Shown: positions 8,419-24,615 of the stretch, piece by piece
Position numbering within the stretch: the stretch's first letter is position 1
How the letters are laid out: the number at the start of each line of letters is the position of its first letter
NCBI GenBank assembly: GCA_963762255.1
Contig: CAVXKA010000003.1
Span: forward strand, 448,001 to 512,000
Length of the DNA stretch: 64,000 nucleotides
Source of the DNA: Candidatus Eiseniibacteriota bacterium
GTDB lineage: Bacteria; Eisenbacteria; RBG-16-71-46; JABDJR01
Reading direction: 5' to 3'
Notes under the pieces: generated by a model
The model's input: the letters and a program-made list of their open reading frames with translations, nothing else
Databases searched by the model: none
Told to the model about the DNA's origin: nothing
Made by a program: the position numbers and the translations under genes

Positions 8419-10611
8419 CTACGCGGCCTTTCCCGGCCGGGCCAGCGCGTCCGCGATCTCGCGGCGGAGCGCCTCCGCGCTCTGCGGGCGATCGGCGGGA
8501 TCGAGTGCCATGGCGTGACGCACGATGGCCTCCACCGCTTCGGGGATCTCCGCGCGAAGGTCGCTCGGGCGTCGCGGCTCCCCCTTCAAGTGCTGGAGGA
8601 GAACGGCCGCCGCCGCGTCGCTCGCACACGGAACCTGTCCGGTGAGCATCTCGTACAGGAGGATCCCCAGCGCATAGATGTCCGCGCGTTGATCGACGGC
8701 GTCGCCGCGAATCTGCTCGGGGGCCATGTACTCCGGGGTGCCGACCATGAGTCCGGTTTGTGTGAGGCGCGCGCCGAGACTCTGTCCCGCCCACGCGAGC
8801 CCGAAGTCCACGATCTTCACCGCGTCCTCATCCCCCACCAGGATGTTGTCGGGTTTGATGTCGCGATGGATCACGCCTTCCGCGTGGGCGGCACCGAGAC
8901 CCTCGCATACCTGGAGTGCGAGGCGCAGCGCGCGTTCGATCTCCAGGACCCCGTCCGCCGTCAACACCTTGGCGAGATCGTGTCCCGGGAAGTACTCCAT
9001 CGACACCGCGTGGGCGCCGCCGAGGTCGACGAGATCGAAGACGCGGATCACGTTCGGGTGGGCGATTCGGCGGGTGAGCTTCACCTCCTGCACGAACCGC
9101 TGCACCGCGATCGGGTCCTCGTCGAGCTGCGGGTTCAAGACCTTCAAGATGATGTTCTCGCCCACCGCGAGGTCCTCGGTGAGGTAGATCGCGCCGAACC
9201 CGCCGCGCCCGATCCGCTTCACAATGCGATAGCGATCCAGAAGTTCGGTGCCGGGCGGGAGGTTGCGGAAGTCGGCAGGGGCGAGTCGCTCCGTGGCCCG
9301 CGCCGCGACCGGGGCGGTCTCGTGGAGCGCCGCCCGCGCCTCGCGTGCGATCTCGGGATCGGAAGAGGCGGCCAACGCCCGCAATGTTTCCAGCGCCCGC
9401 GGATCGGCGAAGACCCCCAGGGCGCGCGCGCACAGCGCGGTCGTCGCGTTGTCGCGGCCGACGAGCGCGAGCAGCGGTTCCACCGCGCGCGGATCCTTCG
9501 TCTTGGCGAGCGCGTCGATGGCGCGTTCCCGCACCCACCAGTCCGGATCCTCGACCGCGCGAATCAGGAGCGGCACGGCGCGCTCGCTCGGCACCGCGTT
9601 CAGGATCTCGACCGCGTAGCGGCGCAGCGACTCGTCCTGCTCGGAGAGCAGTCCCATCACCGCCTCCACCACGCGCTCCCCGCCCAGCGTCCCCAAGGCG
9701 TCGGCGGCGCGCACGCGAACCCACCAGTCCGCGTCGCGCAGCGCGCGAGCCAGATCCTGCACGGCGGCCGGGGTCGCGAGCGCGTTCAGCACTTCCACAG
9801 CCGCTCGCCGCACGTGCTCGCTCTCGTCGGTGAGCAGATCCAGGAGCGACGGCACGGTGGAGGCGTCGCCGAGCGCGACGACCGCGTCGATGGCGGCCGT
9901 CTGTACTTTGAGATCGCGATCTCGCAGCGCCGTGAGGAGCGCGGGGATCTCGGAGCGCACCCGCGCCGACCGGAGCCCCTGGACCGCTTCGAGGCGCACG
10001 CTGCGATGCTCGTCGCCGATGCAGCACGATATGGCCGCGGCGCTGTCCGGAAAGCGCGCGAGGAGGCGCGCCGCCTGAAGGCGCACCCACCACTGCGGAT
10101 TCTTCAGCGCGCGCACCAGGTTCGGCACCGCGCCGCCTTCGATGGTCGCGTCGAGCAACCGCGAGACCACACCGCGGGTCTCGCCGCCCTGTTCGGGCAA
10201 CAGAGCCAGGAGCCGCGCGGACGAGAGCGAGGATGCCCGCGCCATCAGAATGGATTCCAGCGTTCGCTTCGAGTAGCGCGCGTCCTTAAAGAGCGGCAAG
10301 AGCGCGAGCGGGTCGTAGTGGGTGCTGCGCTCCAGCACCTTCGCCGCGCCGGAGACAACGGCAGGGTTGGGCGAGGTGAGGGCCTCCAGGTACAGCGGCA
10401 TCGAATCCTCGTCGAGGATCCGCGCCAGAACTTCGAGCGCGGGGCCGCGCGCCTCGGCATGTCCCAGGCATTCGAGCAGCGAGGGGACAGCGCCGGAGCC
10501 GGCCTCGGCGAGGCGCCCTTGAAGCGCTTCGAGTTCGTGCGGAGCGAGCCCCCGCGCGTGCTTGAGTTTGCGCGAACGGCGCGAGGCCGTCAGACGCGTC
10601 AGAAGACCCAT
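8419..10611 (-). CDS. HEAT-repeat protein with C-terminal Hanks-type Ser/Thr kinase
   Basis: Repeated L.D.DWWVR..AA.AL HEAT/PBS-lyase units, then GRGGFG, ILKVL, HRDIKPDN, DFG, GTPEYMAPE and DIYALG. No signal peptide or TM helix. Confidence 0.92.
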   Translation of the reverse strand: MGLLTRLTASRRSRKLKHARGLAPHELEALQGRLAEAGSGAVPSLLECLGHAEARGPALEVLARILDEDSMPLYLEALTSPNPAVVSGAAKVLERSTHYDPLALLPLFKDARYSKRTLESILMARASSLSSARLLALLPEQGGETRGVVSRLLDATIEGGAVPNLVRALKNPQWWVRLQAARLLARFPDSAAAISCCIGDEHRSVRLEAVQGLRSARVRSEIPALLTALRDRDLKVQTAAIDAVVALGDASTVPSLLDLLTDESEHVRRAAVEVLNALATPAAVQDLARALRDADWWVRVRAADALGTLGGERVVEAVMGLLSEQDESLRRYAVEILNAVPSERAVPLLIRAVEDPDWWVRERAIDALAKTKDPRAVEPLLALVGRDNATTALCARALGVFADPRALETLRALAASSDPEIAREARAALHETAPVAARATERLAPADFRNLPPGTELLDRYRIVKRIGRGGFGAIYLTEDLAVGENIILKVLNPQLDEDPIAVQRFVQEVKLTRRIAHPNVIRVFDLVDLGGAHAVSMEYFPGHDLAKVLTADGVLEIERALRLALQVCEGLGAAHAEGVIHRDIKPDNILVGDEDAVKIVDFGLAWAGQSLGARLTQTGLMVGTPEYMAPEQIRGDAVDQRADIYALGILLYEMLTGQVPCASDAAAAVLLQHLKGEPRRPSDLRAEIPEAVEAIVRHAMALDPADRPQSAEALRREIADALARPGKAA

Positions 10612-10683
10612 GCTCCGCCTACTCCTTGGAAAACCCCAGGTGATTGGTTCTCAGGGAGTTATCGGCGGCGGGCGCCCCGGATC

Positions 10684-13719
<3,036 letters not shown>

Positions 13720-13799
13720 GGCGCGTAGTCTAGCCGAACCGTACCCCTCGCGCGCGCCGTTCGCGCGGGCGCGCTAGACTCCCCCGCGAAGGAGGCTTC

Positions 13800-14288
13800 A
13801 TGCCCTACACCCCCATCGTCGCCACGCTCGGCTACATCCTCTCGCCCGACCGCACGCGGACGCTCCTCATCCATCGCAACGCGCGTGAGGACGATCAGCA
13901 CCTCGGCAAGTACAACGGCCTCGGCGGCAAGATGCACCCCGATGAAGACATCGTGACCTGCATGCGCCGCGAGATCCGCGAAGAGGCGGCCATCGAATGC
14001 GAGGACATCCGCCTGCGCGGCACCATCAACTGGACCGGGTTCGGGCCGAACGGCGAGGACTGGCTCGGGTTCATCTTTCGCATCGACCGCTTTCGCGGAA
14101 CGCCCCTGGAGAAGAACCCGGAGGGCACGCTGTTGTGGCACCCGGTGGACCGCATCCTGGAGCTACCGCTCTGGGCGGGCGACCGCCACTTCCTGCCGCT
14201 GGTCTTCGACGACGACCCGCGCGCCTTCCACGGCGTGATGCCCTACGACGGGGACAAGCCGCTGGGCTGGAGCTACGTCCGGATCTAG
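13800..14288 (+). CDS. NUDIX hydrolase, 8-oxo-dGTP diphosphatase (MutX-like)
   Basis: GKYNGLGGK...REIREE Nudix box, EGTL.W and LPLWAGDR; SD AAGGAGG. Confidence 0.85.
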   Translation: MPYTPIVATLGYILSPDRTRTLLIHRNAREDDQHLGKYNGLGGKMHPDEDIVTCMRREIREEAAIECEDIRLRGTINWTGFGPNGEDWLGFIFRIDRFRGTPLEKNPEGTLLWHPVDRILELPLWAGDRHFLPLVFDDDPRAFHGVMPYDGDKPLGWSYVRI

Positions 14289-14292
14289 CGCT

Positions 14293-15042
14293 CTAGCTTT
14301 CCGCCGCGACCGCCCCCGCCTCCGCTTCGTGGATCAACTCCCCCGCCGTTTCCTTGCCCAGATAGAGATCCATCACCCAGTGCGCGCCGTAGATGACCGG
14401 CGTGATGACGATGGCGATCACGAACTTGTAGGCGTAGTTGAACAGGGCGATGGCGGTGATCTGTTGCACGCTGAGCTGTCCGGCGAAGGCCACGGTGAGG
14501 ACGATGAAGGTGTCCATGAGCTGCGAGCCGAAGGTGGAGCCGGTGGCGCGGATCCAGAGGTGGCGACCCTTCGTCAGGTGCCGCAGCCAGTGGAAGAGGG
14601 TGATGTCCACGAACTGGCCGATCGCGTACGCGGTGAGGCTACCGAGGATGACCCGCCCCGAGGCGCCGAACACCGACGTGAACGCCTCCTGCGGCACCGG
14701 CGACATCGAGGCGACCGGCGCCGCCATCGCGATCTGGATGAGCCCGAACTCGAAGACGATCATCACCACGCCTAGGAGCGTGATGAACCGGATGCCGGGC
14801 TTGCCGTAGTACTCGTTCACGAGGTCGGTCACGATGAAGGTGATCGGAAACGCGATCACCCCCGCGGTCATGATGACCTCGTTGAAGGAGGTGCCGAAGA
14901 TCGAGATCGTGAAGGGAAGGTCGAACGCCTTGAAGAACTTGCTGGCCGTGGCCTCGGCCACGACGAGCGCGGTCAGAAAGATGGCGGCGCAGACCACGTA
15001 GAGCTTCTGCGGACGGCTTAGCGTGTAGGCGGTGGCTCGCAT
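14293..15042 (-). CDS. yhhQ: Queuosine precursor transporter (YhhQ/VUT family)
   Basis: AGVIAFPITFIVTDLVNEYYG, ILGSLTAY.IGQFVD and LWIRATGST..SQLMDT. True start is ATG 15042; the longer ORF extension is antisense to sdhC. Confidence 0.88.
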   Translation of the reverse strand: MRATAYTLSRPQKLYVVCAAIFLTALVVAEATASKFFKAFDLPFTISIFGTSFNEVIMTAGVIAFPITFIVTDLVNEYYGKPGIRFITLLGVVMIVFEFGLIQIAMAAPVASMSPVPQEAFTSVFGASGRVILGSLTAYAIGQFVDITLFHWLRHLTKGRHLWIRATGSTFGSQLMDTFIVLTVAFAGQLSVQQITAIALFNYAYKFVIAIVITPVIYGAHWVMDLYLGKETAGELIHEAEAGAVAAES

Positions 15043-15231
15043 GACGCGGCAGTATAACGCACGCACCGGATGCGCGGTCGGCATTATAGATATGCCAATT
15101 CTTGGTCTTGTGAAATGCCCCACGTTGTTTAAGCTGGCCAACGGTTTGCGCCAATACCGCAAGAGCGGCGGCATCCCCGGCCGCCTCGGGGGGCTTCCGG
15201 CAACACCAACCGGAGAGGCAGGAGTCGAGGC

Positions 15232-15909
15232 ATGGGTGGTCTGAAGACCTTTTACGGGTCCTCCGTCGGCAAGAAGATCACGGTCGCCGTCACCGGCGCG
15301 CTGATGGTCCTGTTCACGCTCGGGCACATGATCGGAAACCTTCAGATCTTCGAGGGACCTGGAGAACACGGCGGGAAGGCCAAGCTCGACAAGTACGCGG
15401 AGCTCCTTCGGATCGAGCCCGGGTTCCTCTGGCTCATCCGCATCGTGCTCCTCGTCACAGTGATCGTGCACGTGATCACGATCATCCAGCTCACGCTGGA
15501 GAACAAGCGCGCCCGCGGCGGCGCCTACGCGATGAAGAAGGCGCAGGCGGCCACGATCTCCTCCCGGACGATGTTCTGGGGCGGGCTGGTGCTCGGCGCC
15601 TTCGTCGTCTTCCACCTCCTCCACCTCACGACCGGCACCGTATTCCCCCAGTACTACGAGCATCTGCGGGTCTACACGAACGTGGTGACCAGCTTCCAGA
15701 ATCCTCTGGTCGCCGGGATCTACATCGTGGCGATGGCGGTGATCTTTCTGCACCTTAACCACGGCATCAAGAGCGGGTTCGAGACCCTCGGCGTCACCCA
15801 TCCCACGTACGTGAACCTGGTCCGCAGAGGCGGTCCCATCCTGGCCTTCCTCATCGCCGCCGGCTTCATGCTGGTGCCGGTGGCGATCCTGGCCGGTTGG
15901 GTGAAGTAG
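15232..15909 (+). CDS. sdhC: Succinate dehydrogenase/fumarate reductase cytochrome b subunit
   Basis: SSVGKK.TVAVTG, GHMIGNL, SRTM..GG, FHLLHLT and LHLNHG; five TM helices with heme-ligand His residues. Confidence 0.92.
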   Translation: MGGLKTFYGSSVGKKITVAVTGALMVLFTLGHMIGNLQIFEGPGEHGGKAKLDKYAELLRIEPGFLWLIRIVLLVTVIVHVITIIQLTLENKRARGGAYAMKKAQAATISSRTMFWGGLVLGAFVVFHLLHLTTGTVFPQYYEHLRVYTNVVTSFQNPLVAGIYIVAMAVIFLHLNHGIKSGFETLGVTHPTYVNLVRRGGPILAFLIAAGFMLVPVAILAGWVK

Positions 15910-15923
15910 AGGGGAATGAAACC

Positions 15924-17836
<1,913 letters not shown>

Positions 17837-17840
<4 letters not shown>

Positions 17841-18613
17841 ACTTCAAGCTCAGGATCTGGCGACAGGCGGGCCCGAACGCGAAGGGGCGCTTCCAGGACT
17901 TCTCGGTCAAGGATGTCAGCCCCGACACGTCCTTTCTCGAGCTGCTCGACCAGATCAACAACGGGCTCATCGAGGAAGGCAAGGAGCCGATCGCCTTCGA
18001 TAGCGACTGCCGCGAGGGGATCTGCGGCACCTGCGGAGTCATGGTGAGCGGGGTCGCCCACGGGCCGCTCCCCGGCACGACCACCTGCCAGCACCACATG
18101 CGCCACTTCAAGGACGGCGACACCCTGGTGGTCGAGCCGTGGCGGGCGCGGGCGTTCCCGATCGTGAAGGATCTCGTGGTCAACCGCAGCGCGCTCGATC
18201 ACATCATTCAGGCCGGCGGGTTCATCTCCGCCGACACCGGGAGCGCCCCCGAGGCCAACGCGGTCCCGATTCCCAAGGAGAAGGCGGACACGGCCTTCGA
18301 GTCGGCGGCGTGCATCGGCTGCGGAGCCTGCGTGGCCGCATGCCCGAACGCGAGCGCGATGCTCTTCACCGGGGCCAAGATATCTCAACTCGCCGTCCTC
18401 CCGCAGGGGCAGCCCGAGCGGTGGGTCCGCGCGTTGAGCATGGTTCACCAGATGGACAACGAGGGGTTCGGCGGGTGCACCAACCACGGCGAGTGCGAAG
18501 AGGCCTGCCCCAAGAGCATCAAGATGTTCAACATCTACCGGCTGAACGCTGACTACTTGAAGGCGGCGTTGACGGAGCGCCCACCTAGCGTGGGGGCGGA
18601 GTCGGGGGGCTAG
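17837..18613 (+). CDS. sdhB: Succinate dehydrogenase/fumarate reductase iron-sulfur subunit
   Basis: ATGA overlap with sdhA; [21 protein letters not shown] and [12 protein letters not shown]. Confidence 0.95.
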
Positions 18614-18626
18614 AAGTCCCTCGCGG

Positions 18627-18664
18627 AGCGGGCTAGAAGAACCCCAGCGGGCTAGAAGAACCCC
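18627..18664. repeat. 19-bp tandem duplication spanning the sufT stop codon
   Basis: AGCGGGCTAGAAGAACCCC occurs twice (18627-18645, 18646-18664), with a partial GGGCTAGAAG at 18607-18616. Confidence 0.8.
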
Positions 18665-19209
18665 AATTCCAGCCGCGCCGGCTCGGACATGCGGCTCTGG
18701 TCCCAGGGCGGGTCCCAGACGATTTCCACGATCGCTTCGTCCACGCCGGGCACGGTCCGGATCCGCGACTCGGCGTCGGCCTTGAGAACATCGCCCATGC
18801 CGCATCCGGGCGCGGTCATCGTCATCTGGACTTCGACTCGGAAGCCGCGCTCGATCGGAGTGAGCACGCACCCGTAGATGAGCCCCAGATCCACGATGTT
18901 CACCGGGATCTCCGGGTCGTAGACCCTCTTGAGTTGATCCCACACGCCCCGCTCCACCGTCTCGCGGTCGCAGGGCTGCCCGTCGGGACACGGTTCGGCG
19001 GGTGCCGCTTCCACTTCCTTGCCCAGCGCGTCGGCGTCGCGTCCATCCACGCGGGCCATGTAGCCCTGGGGCGTGATCACGGTGTAGGCGCCGCCGAGGG
19101 ACTGCGTGATCGTGACCGTCACCCCCTCGGGGATGAGGATGCGATTCCCGGCCGGGATGACGGTTGCCTCCACGTCGCGGGTGACCTTCGCGTCTTCGGA
19201 GACTCTCAC
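18652..19209 (-). CDS. sufT: Fe-S cluster assembly protein SufT (DUF59)
   Basis: ITQSLGG.YTV N-terminal domain; YDPEIPVNIVDLGLIY, MTAPGCGMG and VWDPPW...MSE.ARLELG. Confidence 0.92.
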   Translation of the reverse strand: MRVSEDAKVTRDVEATVIPAGNRILIPEGVTVTITQSLGGAYTVITPQGYMARVDGRDADALGKEVEAAPAEPCPDGQPCDRETVERGVWDQLKRVYDPEIPVNIVDLGLIYGCVLTPIERGFRVEVQMTMTAPGCGMGDVLKADAESRIRTVPGVDEAIVEIVWDPPWDQSRMSEPARLELGFF

Positions 19210-19264
19210 GCGCGTCGACCCTCCCTGGCGTTGCTCGATCGAACTAGGGATTGCATGCCCGCCC

Positions 19265-19717
19265 TCATTCCGTAGAGCCCGACGTGTCCGGCTGGTGAAG
19301 GGCTGCCACCGCCGTGTGCCAGCCCAGCGTGGCGCACTTCACGCGCGACGGGAACTGGCACACACCCGCCATCGCGATGCTGTCGCCGAGATCTTCGACG
19401 GGGGCCCCGGGTTCCAGCTTGCCGGTGACCAGCTTCTGGAACCGATCGACGAGCGCCTCGGCCTCGGCTCGCGTCTTCCCCTTCATCACGGTCGTCATGA
19501 CCGACGCGGACGCCTGGGAGATCGCGCACCCCGCGCCCTCGAAGCCGACTTCCTCGACCCGATCGCCGTTCATGCGCAAGTACACGGTGAGGCGGTCGCC
19601 GCAGAGAGGGTTGTACCCCTCGGATTCCCGGTTCGCCCCTTCCGGGCGCCCGTGGTTGCGGGGGCTGCGGTTGTGATCGAGGATGACCTCCTGGTACAGC
19701 TCCGAAAGATCCGACAT
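19265..19717 (-). CDS. sufU: SUF system NifU-family protein SufU
   Basis: LYQEVILDH...PRN, NPLCGD, GCAISQASAS and RVKCATL.W. Confidence 0.93.
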   Translation of the reverse strand: MSDLSELYQEVILDHNRSPRNHGRPEGANRESEGYNPLCGDRLTVYLRMNGDRVEEVGFEGAGCAISQASASVMTTVMKGKTRAEAEALVDRFQKLVTGKLEPGAPVEDLGDSIAMAGVCQFPSRVKCATLGWHTAVAALHQPDTSGSTE

Positions 19718-19718
19718 C

Positions 19719-21026
19719 CTAGAACCGCTCCTTCACGAACTCGGTCAGGGCCTCGCGCAGCGACGTCACACCGATGCGGTCCAGCATCTCGCCGGCAAAT
19801 CCCTGGATCAAAATGTGCCTCGCGGTCTCCTGGTCGATGCCGCGCGAGCGCAGGTAGAACAGCTCTTCGTCCTCGATCTGCCCGATGGTGGCGCCGTGGG
19901 TCGCCTTCACGTCGTCGGCGAAGATCTCCAGCTCGGGGTTGGTGTTGACCAGCGCCTCTCCAGACAGGAGCAGGTTGTTGTTCGTCTGAGCGGCGTCGAT
20001 TTTGGCCACTCCCTCGCGGATCATGACCCAGCCGTTGAAGACGCCGGTGGCCTTGCCGTCCAGAACGCCCTTGTAGAGTTCGCGGCTGGCGGTGTGGGAG
20101 GCCGCGTGGTCGACGCGGGTGTGATGGTCCACGTGCTGGCCTCCGGCAACGATGTAGAGGCCGTTGAGGGTGCACTCCGAGCCTTCGCCGGCCAACATCA
20201 CCCCGATGTCCTGCCGGACCAGCCGCCCGCCCAGCGAGACGGAATGCCCGGTGAAGCGGCTGTCCCGCCCCTGCCGCACCGCGATCTCCCCGAAGTGCAT
20301 CGTGCGTTCGTTCTCTCGCTGCACGCGGTAGTGATGGAGCGATGCGTTGGCGCCCAATTCGATCTCCGTGACCGGGTTCGTGAAGGCTTCCCCGTCGCCG
20401 AGCGAGACGTACTCCTCGAGCACGACCGCCTCCGCGCCATCGCCCACGAGAACGACCACACGCGGATGGACGCGAGGCGCGCCGTCCGAGGGTGCGCTCG
20501 CGAACAGAAGGTGGATCGGACGATCGAGCGCGCGGTTGGCCGCCACCTGCACCACCACGCCATCTCCGAGAAATGCGGCGTTGAGGGCGGTAAACGGGTT
20601 GGCCTCGCCCGGCGCCAGACGGCCGAGCACGTTCTCCAGAGCGCCACTGTCACGGGTCAGCGCCTCGGCGAGCGGCCGCACGACGCATCCGTCCGCGGAC
20701 TTCGCAGACAGTTCGGGAACCGGCCGGCCGTTCACGAAGACAAAGCGAAGCGCGCCGGTGCCGGCCATCGAGAGCCGGTCGATTTCGCTCGCAAGCGGGA
20801 TGCGCGCGGCCGTCGGCGCCGAGAAGACGAGTTTATAGAGCGGCTTCAGGCTCGTGAAACGCCACGCCTCTTGGTCCGTCGTCGGGAGTCCCATGCGCTC
20901 GAACCGCGCACGCCCCTCGCCGCGCAACGCCGCGGCCCACGCGGGCAAGAACGACGCGGAGGCGCCGGCATCGCGCAGGCACGCAGCGGCGAACGAACTC
21001 ACGGCGGGCAAGGTCTCGACCATCAT
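19719..21026 (-). CDS. sufD: Fe-S cluster assembly protein SufD
   Basis: GLPT..EAWRFT, FTALNAAF, GVFNG, PELEIFADDVKATHGATIG and LFYLRSRGI. Confidence 0.94.
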   Translation of the reverse strand: MMVETLPAVSSFAAACLRDAGASASFLPAWAAALRGEGRARFERMGLPTTDQEAWRFTSLKPLYKLVFSAPTAARIPLASEIDRLSMAGTGALRFVFVNGRPVPELSAKSADGCVVRPLAEALTRDSGALENVLGRLAPGEANPFTALNAAFLGDGVVVQVAANRALDRPIHLLFASAPSDGAPRVHPRVVVLVGDGAEAVVLEEYVSLGDGEAFTNPVTEIELGANASLHHYRVQRENERTMHFGEIAVRQGRDSRFTGHSVSLGGRLVRQDIGVMLAGEGSECTLNGLYIVAGGQHVDHHTRVDHAASHTASRELYKGVLDGKATGVFNGWVMIREGVAKIDAAQTNNNLLLSGEALVNTNPELEIFADDVKATHGATIGQIEDEELFYLRSRGIDQETARHILIQGFAGEMLDRIGVTSLREALTEFVKERF

Positions 21027-21036
21027 GCGACGCGCC

Positions 21037-21822
21037 TCACGAGCGCCCGGCGGCGCCCGCCGCCTCGGCCTCGATCCAGCCGTACCCCTTCTCCTCCAGC
21101 TCCAGCGCCAGGTCCTTCCCTCCGGACTTCACGATCCGCCCGTTGTGGAGCACGTGCACGAAGTCGGGGATGATGTAGCTCAGAAGCCGCTGATAGTGGG
21201 TGACCACGATCATCGAGCGGTCCTCGCGGCGATGGAGGTTGACCCCCTTCGACACGATCTTGAGCGCGTCGATGTCGAGCCCGGAATCGGTCTCGTCGAG
21301 AATGGCGAGCGTCGGGTCGAGAAGCCCGAGCTGCAGGATCTCGTTGCGCTTCTTCTCGCCCCCGGAGAAACCGGCGTTCACGGGACGGGTGAGGAGCGCC
21401 TCGTCCAATTCCACGATCTTCGCCTTTTCCTTGAGCAGGCCGAGAAACTCGACCGCGCTCACTTCGGGCTCGCCCCGGTGCTTGTGCAACGCGTTCAGCG
21501 CGGCCCGCAGGAAATAGCGGTTGCTCACCCCAGGAATCTCGACCGGGTACTGGAACGCCAGGAAGATCCCCTCGCCCGCGCGCTCTTCCGGCGACAGCAG
21601 CAAGAGATTCTTGCCGCGATAGAGCACCTCGCCGCCGGTGACCTCGATCGAGGGATGCCCGGCCAGCACCTTGGCCAGGGTGCTCTTACCGGACCCGTTG
21701 GGTCCCATGATCGCGTGCACCTCGCCCGGGCGCACGGTGAGATCGATCCCGCGGAGGATCTCCTTCTCTCCGGCGCGGGCGGTGAGCGCCCGCACGACGA
21801 GCATCGGTTCTTTCTCGGCCAT
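21037..21822 (-). CDS. sufC: Fe-S cluster assembly ATPase SufC
   Basis: GPNGSGKST, FQYPVEIPGV, GFSGGEKKRNEILQ, LDETDSGLDIDAL and THYQRLL. Confidence 0.96.
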   Translation of the reverse strand: MAEKEPMLVVRALTARAGEKEILRGIDLTVRPGEVHAIMGPNGSGKSTLAKVLAGHPSIEVTGGEVLYRGKNLLLLSPEERAGEGIFLAFQYPVEIPGVSNRYFLRAALNALHKHRGEPEVSAVEFLGLLKEKAKIVELDEALLTRPVNAGFSGGEKKRNEILQLGLLDPTLAILDETDSGLDIDALKIVSKGVNLHRREDRSMIVVTHYQRLLSYIIPDFVHVLHNGRIVKSGGKDLALELEEKGYGWIEAEAAGAAGRS

Positions 21823-21837
21823 GATGATCTGTCCCTC

Positions 21838-23328
<1,491 letters not shown>

Positions 23329-23378
23329 CGTTTCCTCGTACGTACCCCTTCTGACCAGCTAAGTGATTGTCCTACCTA

Positions 23379-23403
23379 ATACATGACAAGATTACTCGCA
23401 TTT
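23379..23403. promoter_or_regulatory. IscR/Rrf2-type operator upstream of sufB
   Basis: ATACATGACAAGATTACTCGCATTT is a 25-bp imperfect dyad resembling IscR type-1 boxes (ATA..TGAC......ACTCG....T). It lies in an AT-rich patch 50 bp upstream of sufB. Confidence 0.55.
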
Positions 23404-23532
23404 CATGCCCACCGCAAGAGCGCCCCGACATTTCAAAGGACGCCGAACTCCTAATTAGGTTACGACGCCCCGCTCGGGTCGCCCAGGGTGAAATGGCGTA
23501 TCCATGAAACAGCCTCCCACGGGCCCTGGAGG

Positions 23533-24615
23533 TCATGGCGCCGCGTCGATCACCCCGCCGCCAAGGAGGACGTCCCCACGGTAGAACACCGCCGACTGGC
23601 CGGGGGCGACCGCCCGCTGGGGCTCCAGGAAGGCCACGGTCGCGATGCCGCCCGCTCCGGGACGCACCAGCGCGGGCGCCGGGCGCGAGCGGTAGCGCAC
23701 CCTCACGTCCGCCTCGATCGCCTCGCCGGGCGCCTCGCACGAGACCCAGTTCACTTCCCGCACCGTCATGCCGCCCGCGAGCAAATCGGACTCGCCCCCC
23801 ACGACCACCCGGTTGTGCGCGGCGTCCACGCGCACCACGTAGAGCGGTTCGCCGCCGGACACGCCGAGGCCTCGGCGCTGCCCCACTGTGTAGTGAATCG
23901 CCCCACGGTGCTCTCCGAGCACGCGGCCCGAGACGTCCACGAGCTCACCCGGCCCCGTCACCGCCGCACCCCCCGCGCGCGCGGCCACGAACTCGGCGTA
24001 GCGTCCCCCTTGCACGAAGCAGATGTCCTGGCTCTCGACCTTCTCCGCGAGCGTCATGCCCGCGCGCCGGGCCGCCTCGCGCGCCTCCGCCTTGGTCGAG
24101 TTGCCGATCGGAAACCGCGTGTGCGCGAGATCCTCGCGGCGAAGCCCCCACAGCACGTACGACTGATCCTTCGCAGTGTCCACCGCGCGCCGCAGCACGG
24201 GCCCCTCCGGGGTCTGCTCCAGGCGCGCGTAGTGCCCGGTGGCCACCGCGTCGAATCCGAGCCGCCGCGCGCGGGCGAGCAGGCTCCCGAACTTGAGATG
24301 CGTGTTGCAGCGTACGCAGGGGTTGGGCGTCTCGCCGGCAAGATAGGCCTCGACGAACGGACGCACGACCTCGCGATCGAAGTCGGCTTCCTCGTCCAGC
24401 ACGTAGTGGCGGATGCCGAGCGTCGCCGCCGCCGCGCGTGCATCTTCGATGTCGCGAAGCGAGCAGCAGGAGCGCGCCGAGGCCTCGGCGCCCCCGTAGC
24501 ACCAGAGCTTGAGCGTCGCCCCCACGACCTCGTGTCCTTGCTCGACCAGAAGGGCGGCGGCGGCGGCGCTATCCACGCCGCCCGACATGGCCACCATCAG
24601 ACGCTCGCGCGTCAT
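23533..24615 (-). CDS. mnmA: tRNA 2-thiouridine(34) synthase
   Basis: AMSGGVDS, CCS, TPNPCVRCN, ATGHYA, KDQSY.L, ESQDICF, YTVGQRRGLG and AVAPGQ; ATGA overlap with the upstream gene. Confidence 0.95.
   Translation of the reverse strand: MTRERLMVAMSGGVDSAAAAALLVEQGHEVVGATLKLWCYGGAEASARSCCSLRDIEDARAAAATLGIRHYVLDEEADFDREVVRPFVEAYLAGETPNPCVRCNTHLKFGSLLARARRLGFDAVATGHYARLEQTPEGPVLRRAVDTAKDQSYVLWGLRREDLAHTRFPIGNSTKAEAREAARRAGMTLAEKVESQDICFVQGGRYAEFVAARAGGAAVTGPGELVDVSGRVLGEHRGAIHYTVGQRRGLGVSGGEPLYVVRVDAAHNRVVVGGESDLLAGGMTVREVNWVSCEAPGEAIEADVRVRYRSRPAPALVRPGAGGIATVAFLEPQRAVAPGQSAVFYRGDVLLGGGVIDAAP

Noticed and set aside
15043-15231. preQ1 riboswitch upstream of yhhQ, and a Rex-like box (TTGTGAAATGCCCCACGT, 15108-15125) upstream of sdhC
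   Set aside because: No preQ1 motif is visible and yhhQ looks leaderless. Only one half of the Rex dyad matches, which is too weak to call.
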